Positions 21,872-33,075 are shown, counted from the stretch's first letter. The stretch is 64,000 nt of DNA from Escherichia coli (GCF_041248615.1 NZ_CP158426.1); one strand, 5' to 3'. Made by a program: numbers and translations. Notes: a model not told the origin generated them from the letters alone.

Positions 21872-22724
21872 AATTCCCTCCGTAGGTTTGGCTCAGCGCA
21901 CAACCATCGGCCATGCCATACAGCATGTCGCAGCCGGAACTGGAGCCAATATGTTTAATTTTTTCTATTGCCTGAGTTGCGTTCCCAGGGACACCATAAA
22001 TAATGTTATGAATAAAACGATGAATATTTTCCCGGCAGCGTTGTTGTAATGCGGCTTCCAGCGTTATGGCACTTAATAACGTGGTATTATTTCTGCCGCG
22101 TTGCAGACCGAGATAAAATTCCTCTTTGTATTTTTCCGCCGGATGTCCGGAAATAAATAAAATAAGCGCCAGACCTGTTAAATAATCGTCGGCTGATGGC
22201 GTAAGGCCAATCCCTAAGCCCATCATACTGGCGACTGCTGAGGCGATATTTTGTTTATCGTTTACGGCCTGAATAACTGCCCGTCGTTTAATATGTAATT
22301 CTTTATTTAACGCCTGATAAAACGGATTATCGCCGCAATAATTAAACAGGGTTTCATTTTCCCCCAGGTGCTGATGAATAATGTCATGCCACTGTTGCCA
22401 GGCGATAAGGTGAAAATTCACAGCGGTCATTTGCAAGGTTGGGGACAGCCAACGCCGACAACGACTCATCTCTATATGAAGATGTTGACCAACCGTAATG
22501 CCTTGATCGTCAAACTGAACCTTATCACCATGCCGGAACAGACCATCAAAGTGAGTGAGTGCCAACCGACAACTGTTTGGCGCATTGTCGTACTCTTCAC
22601 AAAGCAGCGTCAGCAACTGCTGGCGGGCCGGAAGTGCGATATTTACCGCTCTGGCAAAGACCTGTTCAACCTGTCCTTGCCCCCGCTGCGCCAGAAAATC
22701 AGCATCCGCAGTTAGCGCCCACAC
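21861..22724 (-). CDS. yahE: DUF2877 protein (YlbF paralog)
   Basis: 287-aa ORF upstream of and overlapping yahF. Confidence 0.75.
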   Translation of the reverse strand: MWALTADADFLAQRGQGQVEQVFARAVNIALPARQQLLTLLCEEYDNAPNSCRLALTHFDGLFRHGDKVQFDDQGITVGQHLHIEMSRCRRWLSPTLQMTAVNFHLIAWQQWHDIIHQHLGENETLFNYCGDNPFYQALNKELHIKRRAVIQAVNDKQNIASAVASMMGLGIGLTPSADDYLTGLALILFISGHPAEKYKEEFYLGLQRGRNNTTLLSAITLEAALQQRCRENIHRFIHNIIYGVPGNATQAIEKIKHIGSSSGCDMLYGMADGCALSQTYGGNYVS

Positions 22725-22763
22725 ACACCGTCTTTCTGGTGTGTTGATAGCAAGCCTCCCGGT

Positions 22764-23369
22764 TTATGCACCTGCGGCAATCAGTAACTGTGCAATCTCT
22801 TCAAAGCCTCGTTCCCGCGCCAGTTCCAGCGGCGTTTTGCCATATTTATCCGTCATGTGCGGGCTGGCACCGTGTTCCAGCAATAACTGGACAATCGCCT
22901 GCTGTTTAATCCCGCCATCATTAAGCACAATTGCTTCCAGTAGCGGCGTCCAGCCAACATGGTTGGTCTGGTTAACGTTAATCTCCGTATGCGCCAAAAG
23001 CTCTTTTACAATACTTAAATGGCCTTTTTCACAGGCAGGCGTCAGGCCGACACCGCCAAAACGGGTGACGCAATTAAGATCGGGTTTAGCCGGTAAAATA
23101 ATCCGTAACAGGGTTAAATCGCCGGTCAGGCAGCTAATTAAAAAAGGATTTGAACATATTTGATCTTGCTTATTAATATCTGCTCCGGCATCAATTAATG
23201 CCTGAACGCAAGCATATTGCTGATATAAACTTGCCAGCGTAATTGCCGTTTTCCCCTGACGATCGCAGGTATTAATATCGACACCCAGCGCAAGGCATGT
23301 TTTTACTTTATCGATATCACCCTGTTGCGCAGCCAATAAATAGTCGGCAGGTAGATTTTTTATAGTCAT
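22764..23369 (-). CDS. yahD: ankyrin-repeat protein
   Basis: 201 aa; repeated motifs of the type GKTAITLASLYQQYACVQALIDAGADIN. Confidence 0.8.
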   Translation of the reverse strand: MTIKNLPADYLLAAQQGDIDKVKTCLALGVDINTCDRQGKTAITLASLYQQYACVQALIDAGADINKQDQICSNPFLISCLTGDLTLLRIILPAKPDLNCVTRFGGVGLTPACEKGHLSIVKELLAHTEINVNQTNHVGWTPLLEAIVLNDGGIKQQAIVQLLLEHGASPHMTDKYGKTPLELARERGFEEIAQLLIAAGA

Positions 23370-23626
23370 TCACATTCCCCTGATTTTTGTGGCTGTTTTC
23401 GATGAATTGAGAATAGCAACGATAATCTGATAAAAGAACCCGCTTAAATTTAATTCGCCGTATTTCGCCTTTTTGTTGAATGATGTTCAACAATCTTTTC
23501 GCAGTGTGCGGTAGTGCAATATTTGTTTCTTTGACCCGATACCCTTTCACTCAATCAGGTTTTATTTCTCTATAGTCTGCACATGTAAGAGTAGCTTTCG
23601 TCCATGTCTAACCAGAGGGGAACAAG

Positions 23627-24124
23627 ATGAACGGACTCACGGCAACGGGTGTCACCGTCGGTATTTGTGCAGGGCTTTGGCAGTTAGTGTCTTCACATGT
23701 CGGGCTCTCTCAGGGATGGGAATTATTAGGAACTATTGGCTTCGTCGCCTTTTGCAGTTTTTATGCCGCAGGCGGCGGTAAATCGGGGTTTATCAGAAGC
23801 CTGGCGGTTAATTATTCCGGGATGGTGTGGGCGTTTTTCGCCGCGCTGGCTGCCGGTTGGCTGGCCTCGGTGAGTGGATTGTCCACGTTCTGGGCGAGCG
23901 TGATTATGACTGTACCCTTCTCGGCGGTGGTGGTCTGGCAAGGACGTTTCGGTTTACTGTCTTTTATTCCCGGAGGCTTTCTCGGCATGACGCTATTTTT
24001 TGCCAGCGGGATGAACTGGACGGTGACATTACTGGGTTTTCTGGCGGGTAACTGCGTGGGGATAATTTCAGAATATGGCGGACAAAAATTAAGCGAAGCG
24101 ACGACTAAACGCGACGGGTATTAA
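23627..24124 (+). CDS. yahC: small inner-membrane protein
   Basis: 165-aa hydrophobic ORF. Confidence 0.7.
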   Translation: MNGLTATGVTVGICAGLWQLVSSHVGLSQGWELLGTIGFVAFCSFYAAGGGKSGFIRSLAVNYSGMVWAFFAALAAGWLASVSGLSTFWASVIMTVPFSAVVVWQGRFGLLSFIPGGFLGMTLFFASGMNWTVTLLGFLAGNCVGIISEYGGQKLSEATTKRDGY

Positions 24125-24215
24125 AAGTTATTCAAAAATGATTATCTATCTTTAACCGATACCTCTACAGTCATAGCTGGAGAAATTCATAGTAGATAAT
24201 GGCGGGAATGGTTTA

Positions 24216-25148
24216 ATGAACTCAATTTTTACCGAAGAGAATCTGTTGGCATTTACTACCGCTGCGCGTTTTGGCAGTTTCAGTAAAGCCGCAGAAGAGT
24301 TGGGTTTAACCACTTCCGCCATTAGCTACACCATCAAGCGAATGGAAACAGGGCTGGATGTGGTGCTGTTCACTCGCAGTACCCGCAGCATTGAGTTAAC
24401 GGAGTCCGGGCGTTATTTTTTCCGCAAAGCTACCGACCTGCTGAATGATTTTCACGCCATCAAACGCAGCATCGATACTATTTCGCAGGGTATAGAAGCA
24501 CGGGTGCGCATTTGTATTAACCAACTGCTTTATACGCCCAAACACACCGCACGCTTATTACAGGTACTGAAAAAGCAGTTTCCAACCTGCCAGATTACCG
24601 TGACGACCGAAGTGTATAACGGCGTCTGGGATGCGATTATTAATAATCAGGCGAATATTGCTATCGGCGCGCCCGACACACTGCTGGACGGCGGCGGCAT
24701 TGATTACACGGAGATTGGCGCAATTCGCTGGGCTTTTGCTATCGCCCCGGATCACCCATTAGCCTTTGTGCCGGAACCCATCGCCGAAAGCCAACTGCGT
24801 CTCTATCCTAATATCATGGTGGAGGACACCGCGCATACGATTAATAAAAAAGTGGGCTGGTTGCTGCATGGGCAGGAGTCGATTCTGGTGCCAGATTTCA
24901 ACACCAAATGTCAGTGCCAGATTTTAGGTGAAGGGATTGGTTTTTTGCCGGATTACATGGTCCGTGAGGCGATGGCGCAATCCCTGCTGGTTACCCGACA
25001 AATCCATAATCCGCGCCAGGATTCACGCATGTTACTCGCAACTCAGCATTCTGCTACGGGTCAGGTGACGCAGTGGATTAAAAAACAATTTTCGCCAAAT
25101 GGCATATTAACGGGGATCTATCAGGATTTACTGCATCGGGAGAATTAA
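24216..25148 (+). CDS. yahB: LysR-family transcriptional regulator
   Basis: 310 aa; N-terminal HTH (FSKAAEELGLTTSAISYTIKRME). Confidence 0.85.
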   Translation: MNSIFTEENLLAFTTAARFGSFSKAAEELGLTTSAISYTIKRMETGLDVVLFTRSTRSIELTESGRYFFRKATDLLNDFHAIKRSIDTISQGIEARVRICINQLLYTPKHTARLLQVLKKQFPTCQITVTTEVYNGVWDAIINNQANIAIGAPDTLLDGGGIDYTEIGAIRWAFAIAPDHPLAFVPEPIAESQLRLYPNIMVEDTAHTINKKVGWLLHGQESILVPDFNTKCQCQILGEGIGFLPDYMVREAMAQSLLVTRQIHNPRQDSRMLLATQHSATGQVTQWIKKQFSPNGILTGIYQDLLHREN

Positions 25149-25189
25149 TCGCTGCCAACCTCCCGATGCGCTGTGAATAGCGGTTTACA

Positions 25190-26278
25190 TCAACCACCTG
25201 CTTTCATTACCCATTCAGAGATAAATTTATTACCCGGTACTGGCGGAGAGTACAAATAGCCCTGCAAAAAGTGAACGCCTTTGCCGATCATTAAATCCGC
25301 CTGCTCCTGGGTTTCTACCCCTTCCGCCACGATACTCAGACCAGGCTTACGCGCCAGTTCGACAATATTGTCCACAATATGACCGGATATTTCGTCCACG
25401 CTCGCCATTTGCACAAATGACTTATCGATCTTAATAAAATCGACCGGAAACGCCTGCAGATAACGATAGGTCGCATAACCCGTACCAAAGTCATCCAGCG
25501 CAAAGGTAATGTTGTGCTGATGAAGGCTGTCAAATATCGCTCTGGCTTCTGGCGTTACCGGAATAGGGTTACGTTCCGTTAGCTCGAGAACCAGTTTGAT
25601 TTTATCGTTACCTAATTTCTTAACCAGGTTCAGACACTCTTTTTCAAATCCCGCAGCCAAAAAACAACCCGCCGAGACGTTGATGCCAATATGGAAATTG
25701 TCCGGCAGCAAATGTTTTACCGGCATCAGAATATCCGCAGTCTGTTTCATCAACTGGCGAGTCATTATGACGATAAGACCAGATGACTCCGCCAGAGGAA
25801 TAAACTGATCCGGTGGGATAATTCCCGTTTGTGGATGTTCCCAGCGGACAAGCACCTCACAGCCCGTCAGTACCCCAGTCTGCGCGCAGAAAACCGGTTG
25901 GATCCACGGTTTAAATTCATGGTTTTCCAACGCCAGACTGATGGCTTCAGGCGTGACGATATGGTGATAGTGATTATCATTAATATATTTGTGACTATTA
26001 TTACCCGTGGCGGATATGATCTCCGGATTGTACTGAAAGAAAATATCCCGCCAGAAAGTAATATCGCTCTGAATCCCCAGTTTCTCAAAGAGCTGTTTCT
26101 TTTGATGTGAAATGGTCTTTGCACTGCGATTTCTGTACTGTGATATTTCTGTTACAGACATTCCCTGCATCAGCAGCTTGAGTAGCAGTCGTTCTTTCTC
26201 GGATACGCTACCAGGCAATGACAAATGAACCGTTGTACCGAACTCTTGCAGAAAAACACGAAAATCACATGAATTCAT
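25190..26278 (-). CDS. pdeL: c-di-GMP phosphodiesterase with LuxR-type HTH and EAL domain
   Basis: ORF 25190-26284; start MNSCDF at 26278 gives 362 aa; EAL-domain motifs (ELTER, DDFGTGY). Confidence 0.88.
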   Translation of the reverse strand: MNSCDFRVFLQEFGTTVHLSLPGSVSEKERLLLKLLMQGMSVTEISQYRNRSAKTISHQKKQLFEKLGIQSDITFWRDIFFQYNPEIISATGNNSHKYINDNHYHHIVTPEAISLALENHEFKPWIQPVFCAQTGVLTGCEVLVRWEHPQTGIIPPDQFIPLAESSGLIVIMTRQLMKQTADILMPVKHLLPDNFHIGINVSAGCFLAAGFEKECLNLVKKLGNDKIKLVLELTERNPIPVTPEARAIFDSLHQHNITFALDDFGTGYATYRYLQAFPVDFIKIDKSFVQMASVDEISGHIVDNIVELARKPGLSIVAEGVETQEQADLMIGKGVHFLQGYLYSPPVPGNKFISEWVMKAGG

Positions 26279-27112
26279 GAACACACCTTTTATCTTTTAT
26301 CGCTGTTCAGTATGAGTGATTACCTGTGGATTCCTGAGCACACATAAGGGGTAACCATAAACATCAGCGATGCCATACGCATAACATCCCACATCACTAT
26401 CAAAAAGATTATCTTTACCTCTGATGCTCGCTCAAAAACAGTTACGCTAAATACCTTAAAAAGGTAATCACAAGTCAAACTCAGGAGATAATCACGCAAG
26501 AATGCAATATTAAAATTCAGATACTCATTTTTGGTAATAAAGAAGTAGTTGGACTATTTCAATATTTATAATTTCCCACTACGTATTGACGCCCATTCAT
26601 GAGTAAAGGCGCATTATATGAATTTAACAATCCAGATCAACTGAAAATACCTCAACCTCATAAACACATAGCGTCAACATTCAATGACATAATGAGTAAA
26701 GATGTTGGTTATGCATACACGTCATTACTCTATGCCTATCCCTTAACAACCTGCTTTTTAAGGCTGAATCCATTCAGCAATAGATAACCAACATTATAAC
26801 AATGACAATAAAAACAATATTTAAAACAATCAATAAAATATCAGACACAGACAATTAAACCTTAAACAACAAACAGTTACATTGATTTTAGTTGATTTGC
26901 GCTACGCGTTTCCCATGAATAAAGCGTCATTTCAAATTAGCACCAATATTTACATTAAATAAGACTAAGCTTATTGAACATTCACAACAGTCCAAGCGTA
27001 GGTTTTGGGCTTCAATAGTTCTTTTCTTTTTTATTATCTGTTGCCTGGCAATCATCAATCGATACTAAGGGCTTAACTGTACACAGATATAACGTATCAA
27101 GAGGTAAGAGAA

Positions 27113-27146
27113 ACCGCGCCATATGCAGACATGGCGCGGTTTTATG
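27113..27146. terminator. hairpin downstream of betT (candidate bidirectional terminator)
   Basis: ACCGCGCCAT-ATGCAGAC-ATGGCGCGGT, perfect 10-bp stem, T-run on plus strand and UUCUCUU on minus strand. Confidence 0.5.
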
Positions 27147-27155
27147 CAATAACAA

Positions 27156-29189
27156 TCACGCGTCCGGGAACATCACGCTATGGCCCGGCGCTTCACGATG
27201 GAGATGGATAAAGTTAAGGTGCCGCTCGTACTGATCGAGAATATCGGTGATCACCTGCTCTTTGCTGTAGTCCATCAGGTCGTTGCCCTGGCTGCCTTCT
27301 AACAGGAAAGTTTCCAGCCGGTAGTAGGTCGATTTACCGCTACGTGCGCGGTAGGTAAAGCCCGGCACCGAATATTGCTGCGGCCAAATCTGATAGACAA
27401 AGTTTTGCTCTTCGCCCATATGCACCAACAAATCCAGATGCCCCAACTGTTGTCCCTCTTCCGGCGGCAGGCTTTTTAGCTCCACGTACGCGCCGCGCAA
27501 CCGCAGCTCCTGCGCCACTTCTTCCATTGCCGGGTAACAGACCGTCTCCATCATCTGTTTAGTGTAACGCGTGCCCGGATAATTCATCAGGCGCGAGAGA
27601 CGTTTTTTCCAGCTCAGGCGATCCTGAAGCCCCAGCGGTCGCGGCGCGGTATCACGGTTGGCACTTTCACGGCGGTAATCTTCTACCTTCAGAGATTTAT
27701 ACAACCCCGCCATCACGAAGAAAATCACAAAGCTGAACGGCAGCCCCATGATTACCGTGGTGTTTTGCAGCGCGGATATCCCGTTGGTCATCAGCATGCC
27801 GAGCGTCAGCAGGCCAATCGCCACCGACCAGAAGACGCGCAGCCAGCCGGGGGCGTCGCTGTTGATATCTTTAAGCTGCGAGGTGAAATTCCCCAGCACC
27901 AGCGCCCCGGAGTCCGCCGAGGTCACATAAAACAGCAGGCCAGTAATGGTGGCGACGGAGGCGCTAAAGGTAAACGCCGGATACTGCGCCAGCAGGCTGT
28001 AGAAGCCGCGCTCCGGATGGACCATCGCTTCCTCGGCAAATGCCGCGCCGCCGTGGATGATTTCATACAGCGCGCTATTGCCGAACACCGAGAGCCATAA
28101 CAGCGTGAAGGTAAACGGAATAATCAACGTGCCCAGCACGAACTGGCGAATGGTACGCCCACGCGAGATACGCGCCAGGAACAGGCCGACAAACGGCGAC
28201 CATGCCACCCACCATGCCCAGAAGAAGAGCGTCCAGTTATTCATCCACTCAACCGGACGGTCGAAGGCAAAACTGTTGAGCGTCATGCCCATAAAGCGAT
28301 TCACATAGTCGCCAACGTTCAGCACCAGCGCATTAAGCAGGAACGAGGTGTCGCCCATAAACAGCACGAACAGGATCAACCCCAGCGCCAGCGCAACGTT
28401 GAGTTCCGATAACACACGAATGCCCTTATCGACACCGGAGGTGACAGAGATCGTGGCGATGATCACCGACAAGGCGATCAGTGCCGCTTTCGCCGCCATT
28501 GAATCGGGAATATCAAACAGTACGCTCAAGCCATAGTTAAGCTGCACCACACCGATACCGAGCGTAGTGGCAATACCGAAGATGGTGCCGATTACCGCTG
28601 CAATATCCACTGAATGACCAATCGGCCCGTTAATCCGTTTACCGAAGATCGGGTACAGCGCCGAGCGGATGGTGAGCGGCAAATTATAACGATAGCTAAA
28701 GTATCCGAGCGCCATGCCCATCAGCGCATACATCGACCAGCCGGTTAAGCCGTAGTGAAACAGCGTCCAGACCATCGCCTGACGCGCGGCCTCAATCGTC
28801 TGACCCGCGCCTTCCGGCGGCTGCATATACTGCGTTACCGGTTCGGCTACGGAGAAGAACATCAGGTCGATACCGATCCCGGCAGCAAACAGCATCGCCG
28901 CCCAGCTCAGCAGGCTGAATTCCGGTTTGGATTGTTCTGGCCCGAGCTTCACCGAACCAAAACGCGAACAAGCGATGCAGACCACAAAGACAATATAGAG
29001 CGTTGCCGCCAGCAGATAGTACCAACCGAAGGTTTTAGAAACCCAGTCCAGCGTGCGGCCAATCCACAGGGCCGAGAAGTCGCGAAACAGGATCGTTGTC
29101 AGGGAAAACAACAAAATCAGTCCGGCGGAAGTGTAAAACACCACCGGATTGATTTTGTCCTTTTCCCTGCTGTGTGAAAGGTCTGTCAT
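27156..29189 (-). CDS. betT: choline transporter (BCCT family)
   Basis: 677-aa polytopic ORF; divergent from betIBA. Confidence 0.9.
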   Translation of the reverse strand: MTDLSHSREKDKINPVVFYTSAGLILLFSLTTILFRDFSALWIGRTLDWVSKTFGWYYLLAATLYIVFVVCIACSRFGSVKLGPEQSKPEFSLLSWAAMLFAAGIGIDLMFFSVAEPVTQYMQPPEGAGQTIEAARQAMVWTLFHYGLTGWSMYALMGMALGYFSYRYNLPLTIRSALYPIFGKRINGPIGHSVDIAAVIGTIFGIATTLGIGVVQLNYGLSVLFDIPDSMAAKAALIALSVIIATISVTSGVDKGIRVLSELNVALALGLILFVLFMGDTSFLLNALVLNVGDYVNRFMGMTLNSFAFDRPVEWMNNWTLFFWAWWVAWSPFVGLFLARISRGRTIRQFVLGTLIIPFTFTLLWLSVFGNSALYEIIHGGAAFAEEAMVHPERGFYSLLAQYPAFTFSASVATITGLLFYVTSADSGALVLGNFTSQLKDINSDAPGWLRVFWSVAIGLLTLGMLMTNGISALQNTTVIMGLPFSFVIFFVMAGLYKSLKVEDYRRESANRDTAPRPLGLQDRLSWKKRLSRLMNYPGTRYTKQMMETVCYPAMEEVAQELRLRGAYVELKSLPPEEGQQLGHLDLLVHMGEEQNFVYQIWPQQYSVPGFTYRARSGKSTYYRLETFLLEGSQGNDLMDYSKEQVITDILDQYERHLNFIHLHREAPGHSVMFPDA

Positions 29190-29253
29190 CCAGTATCCCC
29201 ACTGTTATTGTTACCATTTAAAATCAAATTCGTAACAATTAAGACACATTTTA

Positions 29254-29273
29254 TATTGAACGTCCAATCAATA
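29254..29273. promoter_or_regulatory. candidate BetI (TetR-family) operator in betT-betI divergent promoter region
   Basis: TATTGA-N8-TCAATA inverted repeat about 45 bp upstream of betI start. Confidence 0.3.
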
Positions 29274-29317
29274 ACCGCTTTAATAGATAAACAACGCTGA
29301 TGAATGGAGTGGCGAAA

Positions 29318-29905
29318 ATGCCCAAATTGGGGATGCAGTCGATCCGGCGCAGACAACTGATCGACGCCACGCTGGAAGCAATAAATGAAGTGGGCATGCA
29401 CGATGCAACGATCGCGCAGATCGCCCGCCGTGCAGGCGTTTCTACGGGGATCATCAGCCACTATTTCAGGGACAAAAATGGTCTGCTGGAAGCAACCATG
29501 CGCGATATCACCAGTCAGCTGCGTGACGCGGTTTTGAATCGATTACATGCACTTCCGCAGGGCAGTGCAGAGCAGCGATTACAGGCGATTGTTGACGGGA
29601 ATTTCGATGAAACGCAGGTCAGTAATGCTGCGATGAAAGCCTGGTTGGCGTTTTGGGCCAGCAGTATGCATCAGCCGATGCTTTACCGTTTGCAGCAGGT
29701 GAGCAGCCGCCGCTTGTTGTCGAATCTGGTGAGCGAATTTCACCGCGAGTTACCGCGCCAACAGGCACAGGAAGCGGGCTACGGCCTTGCCGCGCTGATT
29801 GACGGATTATGGCTGCGCGCGGCACTGAGCGGCAAACCGCTGGATAAACCTCTCGCACACTCGCTGACCCGTCACTTTATTACTCAGCATTTACCCACCG
29901 ATTAA
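29318..29905 (+). CDS. betI: TetR-family repressor of choline-glycine betaine genes
   Basis: ORF 29300-29905; start MPKLGMQ at 29318 gives 195 aa; TetR HTH. Confidence 0.88.
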   Translation: MPKLGMQSIRRRQLIDATLEAINEVGMHDATIAQIARRAGVSTGIISHYFRDKNGLLEATMRDITSQLRDAVLNRLHALPQGSAEQRLQAIVDGNFDETQVSNAAMKAWLAFWASSMHQPMLYRLQQVSSRRLLSNLVSEFHRELPRQQAQEAGYGLAALIDGLWLRAALSGKPLDKPLAHSLTRHFITQHLPTD

Positions 29906-29918
29906 CCGAGGAGACGTG

Positions 29919-31391
29919 ATGTCCCGAATGGCAGAACAGCAGCTTTATATACATGGTGGTTATACCTCCGCCACCAGCGGTCGCACCTTCGAGACCATTA
30001 ACCCGGCCAACGGTAACGTGCTGGCGACCGTGCAGGCCGCCGGGCGTGAGGATGTCGATCGCGCCGTGAAGAGTGCCCAACAGGGGCAAAAAATCTGGGC
30101 GGCGATGACCGCTATGGAACGCTCGCGTATTCTGCGTCGGGCCGTTGATATTCTGCGTGAACGCAATAACGAACTCGCAAAACTGGAAACCCTCGACACC
30201 GGAAAAGCGTATTCGGAAACCTCAACCGTCGATATCGTTACCGGCGCGGACGTGCTCGAGTACTACGCCGGGCTGATCCCGTCGCTGGAAGGCAGCCAGA
30301 TCCCATTGCGTGAGACGTCATTTGTCTATACCCGCCGCGAACCGCTGGGCGTAGTGGCAGGGATTGGCGCATGGAACTACCCGATCCAGATTGCCCTGTG
30401 GAAATCCGCCCCGGCGCTGGCGGCAGGCAACGCGATGATTTTCAAACCGAGCGAAGTCACCCCGCTTACCGCGTTAAAGCTGGCCGAAATTTACAGCGAA
30501 GCGGGCCTGCCGGACGGCGTATTTAACGTGCTGCCGGGCGTAGGTGCGGAAACCGGGCAGTATCTGACCGAGCATCCGGGCATTGCCAAAGTGTCATTTA
30601 CCGGCGGTGTCGCCAGCGGCAAAAAAGTGATGGCTAACTCGGCGGCTTCCTCCCTGAAAGAAGTGACCATGGAGCTGGGCGGTAAATCACCGCTGATCGT
30701 TTTCGACGATGCGGATCTCGATCTCGCCGCTGATATCGCCATGATGGCGAACTTCTTCAGCTCCGGTCAGGTGTGTACCAACGGCACCCGCGTGTTTATT
30801 CCGGCGAAATGCAAAGCCGCATTTGAACAAAAGATTCTGGCGCGCGTTGAGCGCATTCGCGCGGGCGACGTTTTCGATCCGCAAACTAACTTCGGCCCGC
30901 TGGTCAGCTTCCCGCATCGCGATAACGTGCTGCGTTACATCGCCAAAGGCAAAGAGGAAGGCGCGCGCGTACTGTGCGGCGGCGATGTATTGAAAGGCGA
31001 TGGCTTCGATAACGGCGCATGGGTTGCACCGACCGTGTTCACCGATTGCCGCGACGAAATGACCATCGTGCGCGAAGAGATCTTCGGTCCGGTGATGTCG
31101 CTTCTCACTTATGAATCTGAGGACGAAGTGATTCGCCGCGCCAATGATACCGACTACGGCCTGGCGGCGGGCATCGTGACGGCGGACCTGAACCGCGCGC
31201 ATCGCGTCATTCATCAGCTGGAAGCGGGTATTTGCTGGATCAACACCTGGGGCGAATCCCCGGCAGAGATGCCCGTTGGCGGCTACAAACACTCCGGCAT
31301 TGGTCGCGAGAACGGCGTGATGACGCTCCAGAGTTACACCCAGGTGAAGTCCATCCAGGTTGAGATGGCTAAATTCCAGTCCATATTCTAA
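29919..31391 (+). CDS. betB: betaine aldehyde dehydrogenase
   Basis: 490 aa; aldehyde dehydrogenase motifs (catalytic Cys in [20 protein letters not shown]). Confidence 0.92.
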   Translation: MSRMAEQQLYIHGGYTSATSGRTFETINPANGNVLATVQAAGREDVDRAVKSAQQGQKIWAAMTAMERSRILRRAVDILRERNNELAKLETLDTGKAYSETSTVDIVTGADVLEYYAGLIPSLEGSQIPLRETSFVYTRREPLGVVAGIGAWNYPIQIALWKSAPALAAGNAMIFKPSEVTPLTALKLAEIYSEAGLPDGVFNVLPGVGAETGQYLTEHPGIAKVSFTGGVASGKKVMANSAASSLKEVTMELGGKSPLIVFDDADLDLAADIAMMANFFSSGQVCTNGTRVFIPAKCKAAFEQKILARVERIRAGDVFDPQTNFGPLVSFPHRDNVLRYIAKGKEEGARVLCGGDVLKGDGFDNGAWVAPTVFTDCRDEMTIVREEIFGPVMSLLTYESEDEVIRRANDTDYGLAAGIVTADLNRAHRVIHQLEAGICWINTWGESPAEMPVGGYKHSGIGRENGVMTLQSYTQVKSIQVEMAKFQSIF

Positions 31392-31404
31392 CCAGGAGGT
31401 TTAT

Positions 31405-33075
31405 TTGCAATTTGACTACATCATTATTGGTGCCGGCTCAGCCGGCAACGTTCTCGCTACCCGTCTGACTGAAGATCCGAATACCTCCGTGCTGCTGCTT
31501 GAAGCGGGCGGCCCGGACTATCGCTTTGACTTCCGCACCCAGATGCCCGCAGCGCTGGCGTTCCCGCTACAGGGTAAACGCTACAACTGGGCCTATGAAA
31601 CGGAACCTGAACCGTTTATGAATAACCGCCGCATGGAGTGCGGACGCGGTAAAGGTCTGGGTGGATCGTCGCTGATCAACGGCATGTGTTACATCCGTGG
31701 CAATGCGCTGGATCTCGATAACTGGGCGAAAGAACCCGGCCTGGAACACTGGAGCTACCTCGATTGCCTGCCCTACTATCGGAAGGCCGAGACGCGCGAT
31801 ATTGGTGAAAACGACTACCACGGCGGCGACGGCCCGGTGAGCGTCACCACCTCCAAACCCGGCGTCAATCCGCTGTTTGAGGCGATGATTGAAGCGGGCG
31901 TGCAGGCAGGCTACCCGCGCACGGACGATCTCAACGGCTATCAGCAGGAAGGTTTTGGCCCGATGGATCGCACCGTCACGCCGCAGGGTCGTCGCGCCAG
32001 TACCGCGCGCGGTTATCTCGATCAGGCCAAATCGCGCCCTAACCTGACCATTCGTACTCACGCCATGACCGATCATATCATTTTTGACGGCAAACGCGCG
32101 GTGGGCGTCGAGTGGCTGGAAGGCGACAGCACCATTCCAACCCGCGCGACAGCGAATAAAGAGGTGCTGTTATGTGCAGGTGCGATCGCCTCTCCGCAGA
32201 TCCTGCAACGTTCCGGCGTGGGTAGCGCTGAACTGCTGGCGGAGTTTGATATTCCGCTGGTGCATGATTTACCCGGCGTCGGCGAAAATCTTCAGGATCA
32301 CCTGGAGATGTACCTGCAATATGAGTGCAAAGAACCGGTTTCCCTCTACCCTGCCCTGCAGTGGTGGAATCAGCCGAAAATCGGTGCGGAGTGGCTGTTT
32401 GGCGGCACCGGCGTTGGTGCCAGCAACCACTTTGAAGCAGGCGGATTTATTCGCAGCCGTGAGGAATTTGCGTGGCCGAATATTCAGTACCATTTCCTGC
32501 CAGTGGCGATTAACTATAACGGCTCGAACGCAGTGAAAGAGCACGGCTTCCAGTGCCACGTCGGATCGATGCGCTCGCCAAGCCGTGGGCATGTGCGGAT
32601 TAAATCCCGCGACCCGCACCAGCATCCAGCGATTCTGTTTAACTACATGTCGCACGAGCAGGACTGGCAGGAGTTCCGCGACGCAATTCGCATCACCCGG
32701 GAGATCATGCATCAACCGGCGCTGGATCAGTATCGTGGCCGCGAAATCAGCCCCGGTGTCGAATGCCAGACGGATGAGCAGCTCGATGAGTTCGTGCGTA
32801 ACCACGCCGAAACCGCCTTCCACCCGTGCGGTACCTGCAAAATGGGTTATGACGAGATGGCAGTGGTTGACGCCGAAGGCCGCGTACACGGGCTGGAAGG
32901 CCTGCGCGTGGTAGATGCGTCAATTATGCCGCAGATTATCACCGGCAATTTGAACGCCACGACTATTATGATTGGCGAGAAAATGGCGGATATGATTCGC
33001 GGGAAGGATGCGTTGCCGAGGAGCACGGCGGGATATTATGTGGCAAATGGGATGCCGGTGAGAGCGAAAAAATGA
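31405..33075 (+). CDS. betA: choline dehydrogenase (GMC oxidoreductase)
   Basis: TTG start at 31405 with AGGAGG SD 6 nt upstream; N-terminal FAD fold [11 protein letters not shown]; 556 aa. Confidence 0.9.
   Translation: MQFDYIIIGAGSAGNVLATRLTEDPNTSVLLLEAGGPDYRFDFRTQMPAALAFPLQGKRYNWAYETEPEPFMNNRRMECGRGKGLGGSSLINGMCYIRGNALDLDNWAKEPGLEHWSYLDCLPYYRKAETRDIGENDYHGGDGPVSVTTSKPGVNPLFEAMIEAGVQAGYPRTDDLNGYQQEGFGPMDRTVTPQGRRASTARGYLDQAKSRPNLTIRTHAMTDHIIFDGKRAVGVEWLEGDSTIPTRATANKEVLLCAGAIASPQILQRSGVGSAELLAEFDIPLVHDLPGVGENLQDHLEMYLQYECKEPVSLYPALQWWNQPKIGAEWLFGGTGVGASNHFEAGGFIRSREEFAWPNIQYHFLPVAINYNGSNAVKEHGFQCHVGSMRSPSRGHVRIKSRDPHQHPAILFNYMSHEQDWQEFRDAIRITREIMHQPALDQYRGREISPGVECQTDEQLDEFVRNHAETAFHPCGTCKMGYDEMAVVDAEGRVHGLEGLRVVDASIMPQIITGNLNATTIMIGEKMADMIRGKDALPRSTAGYYVANGMPVRAKK

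Noticed and set aside
26599-26787. 62-aa ORF in the pdeL-betT intergenic region
   Set aside because: No ribosome-binding site, atypical composition, located in an AT-rich regulatory region.
31567-32889. Minus-strand ORFs 31567-32076 and 32269-32889 inside betA
   Set aside because: Antisense shadow ORFs within a confidently identified GMC oxidoreductase gene.
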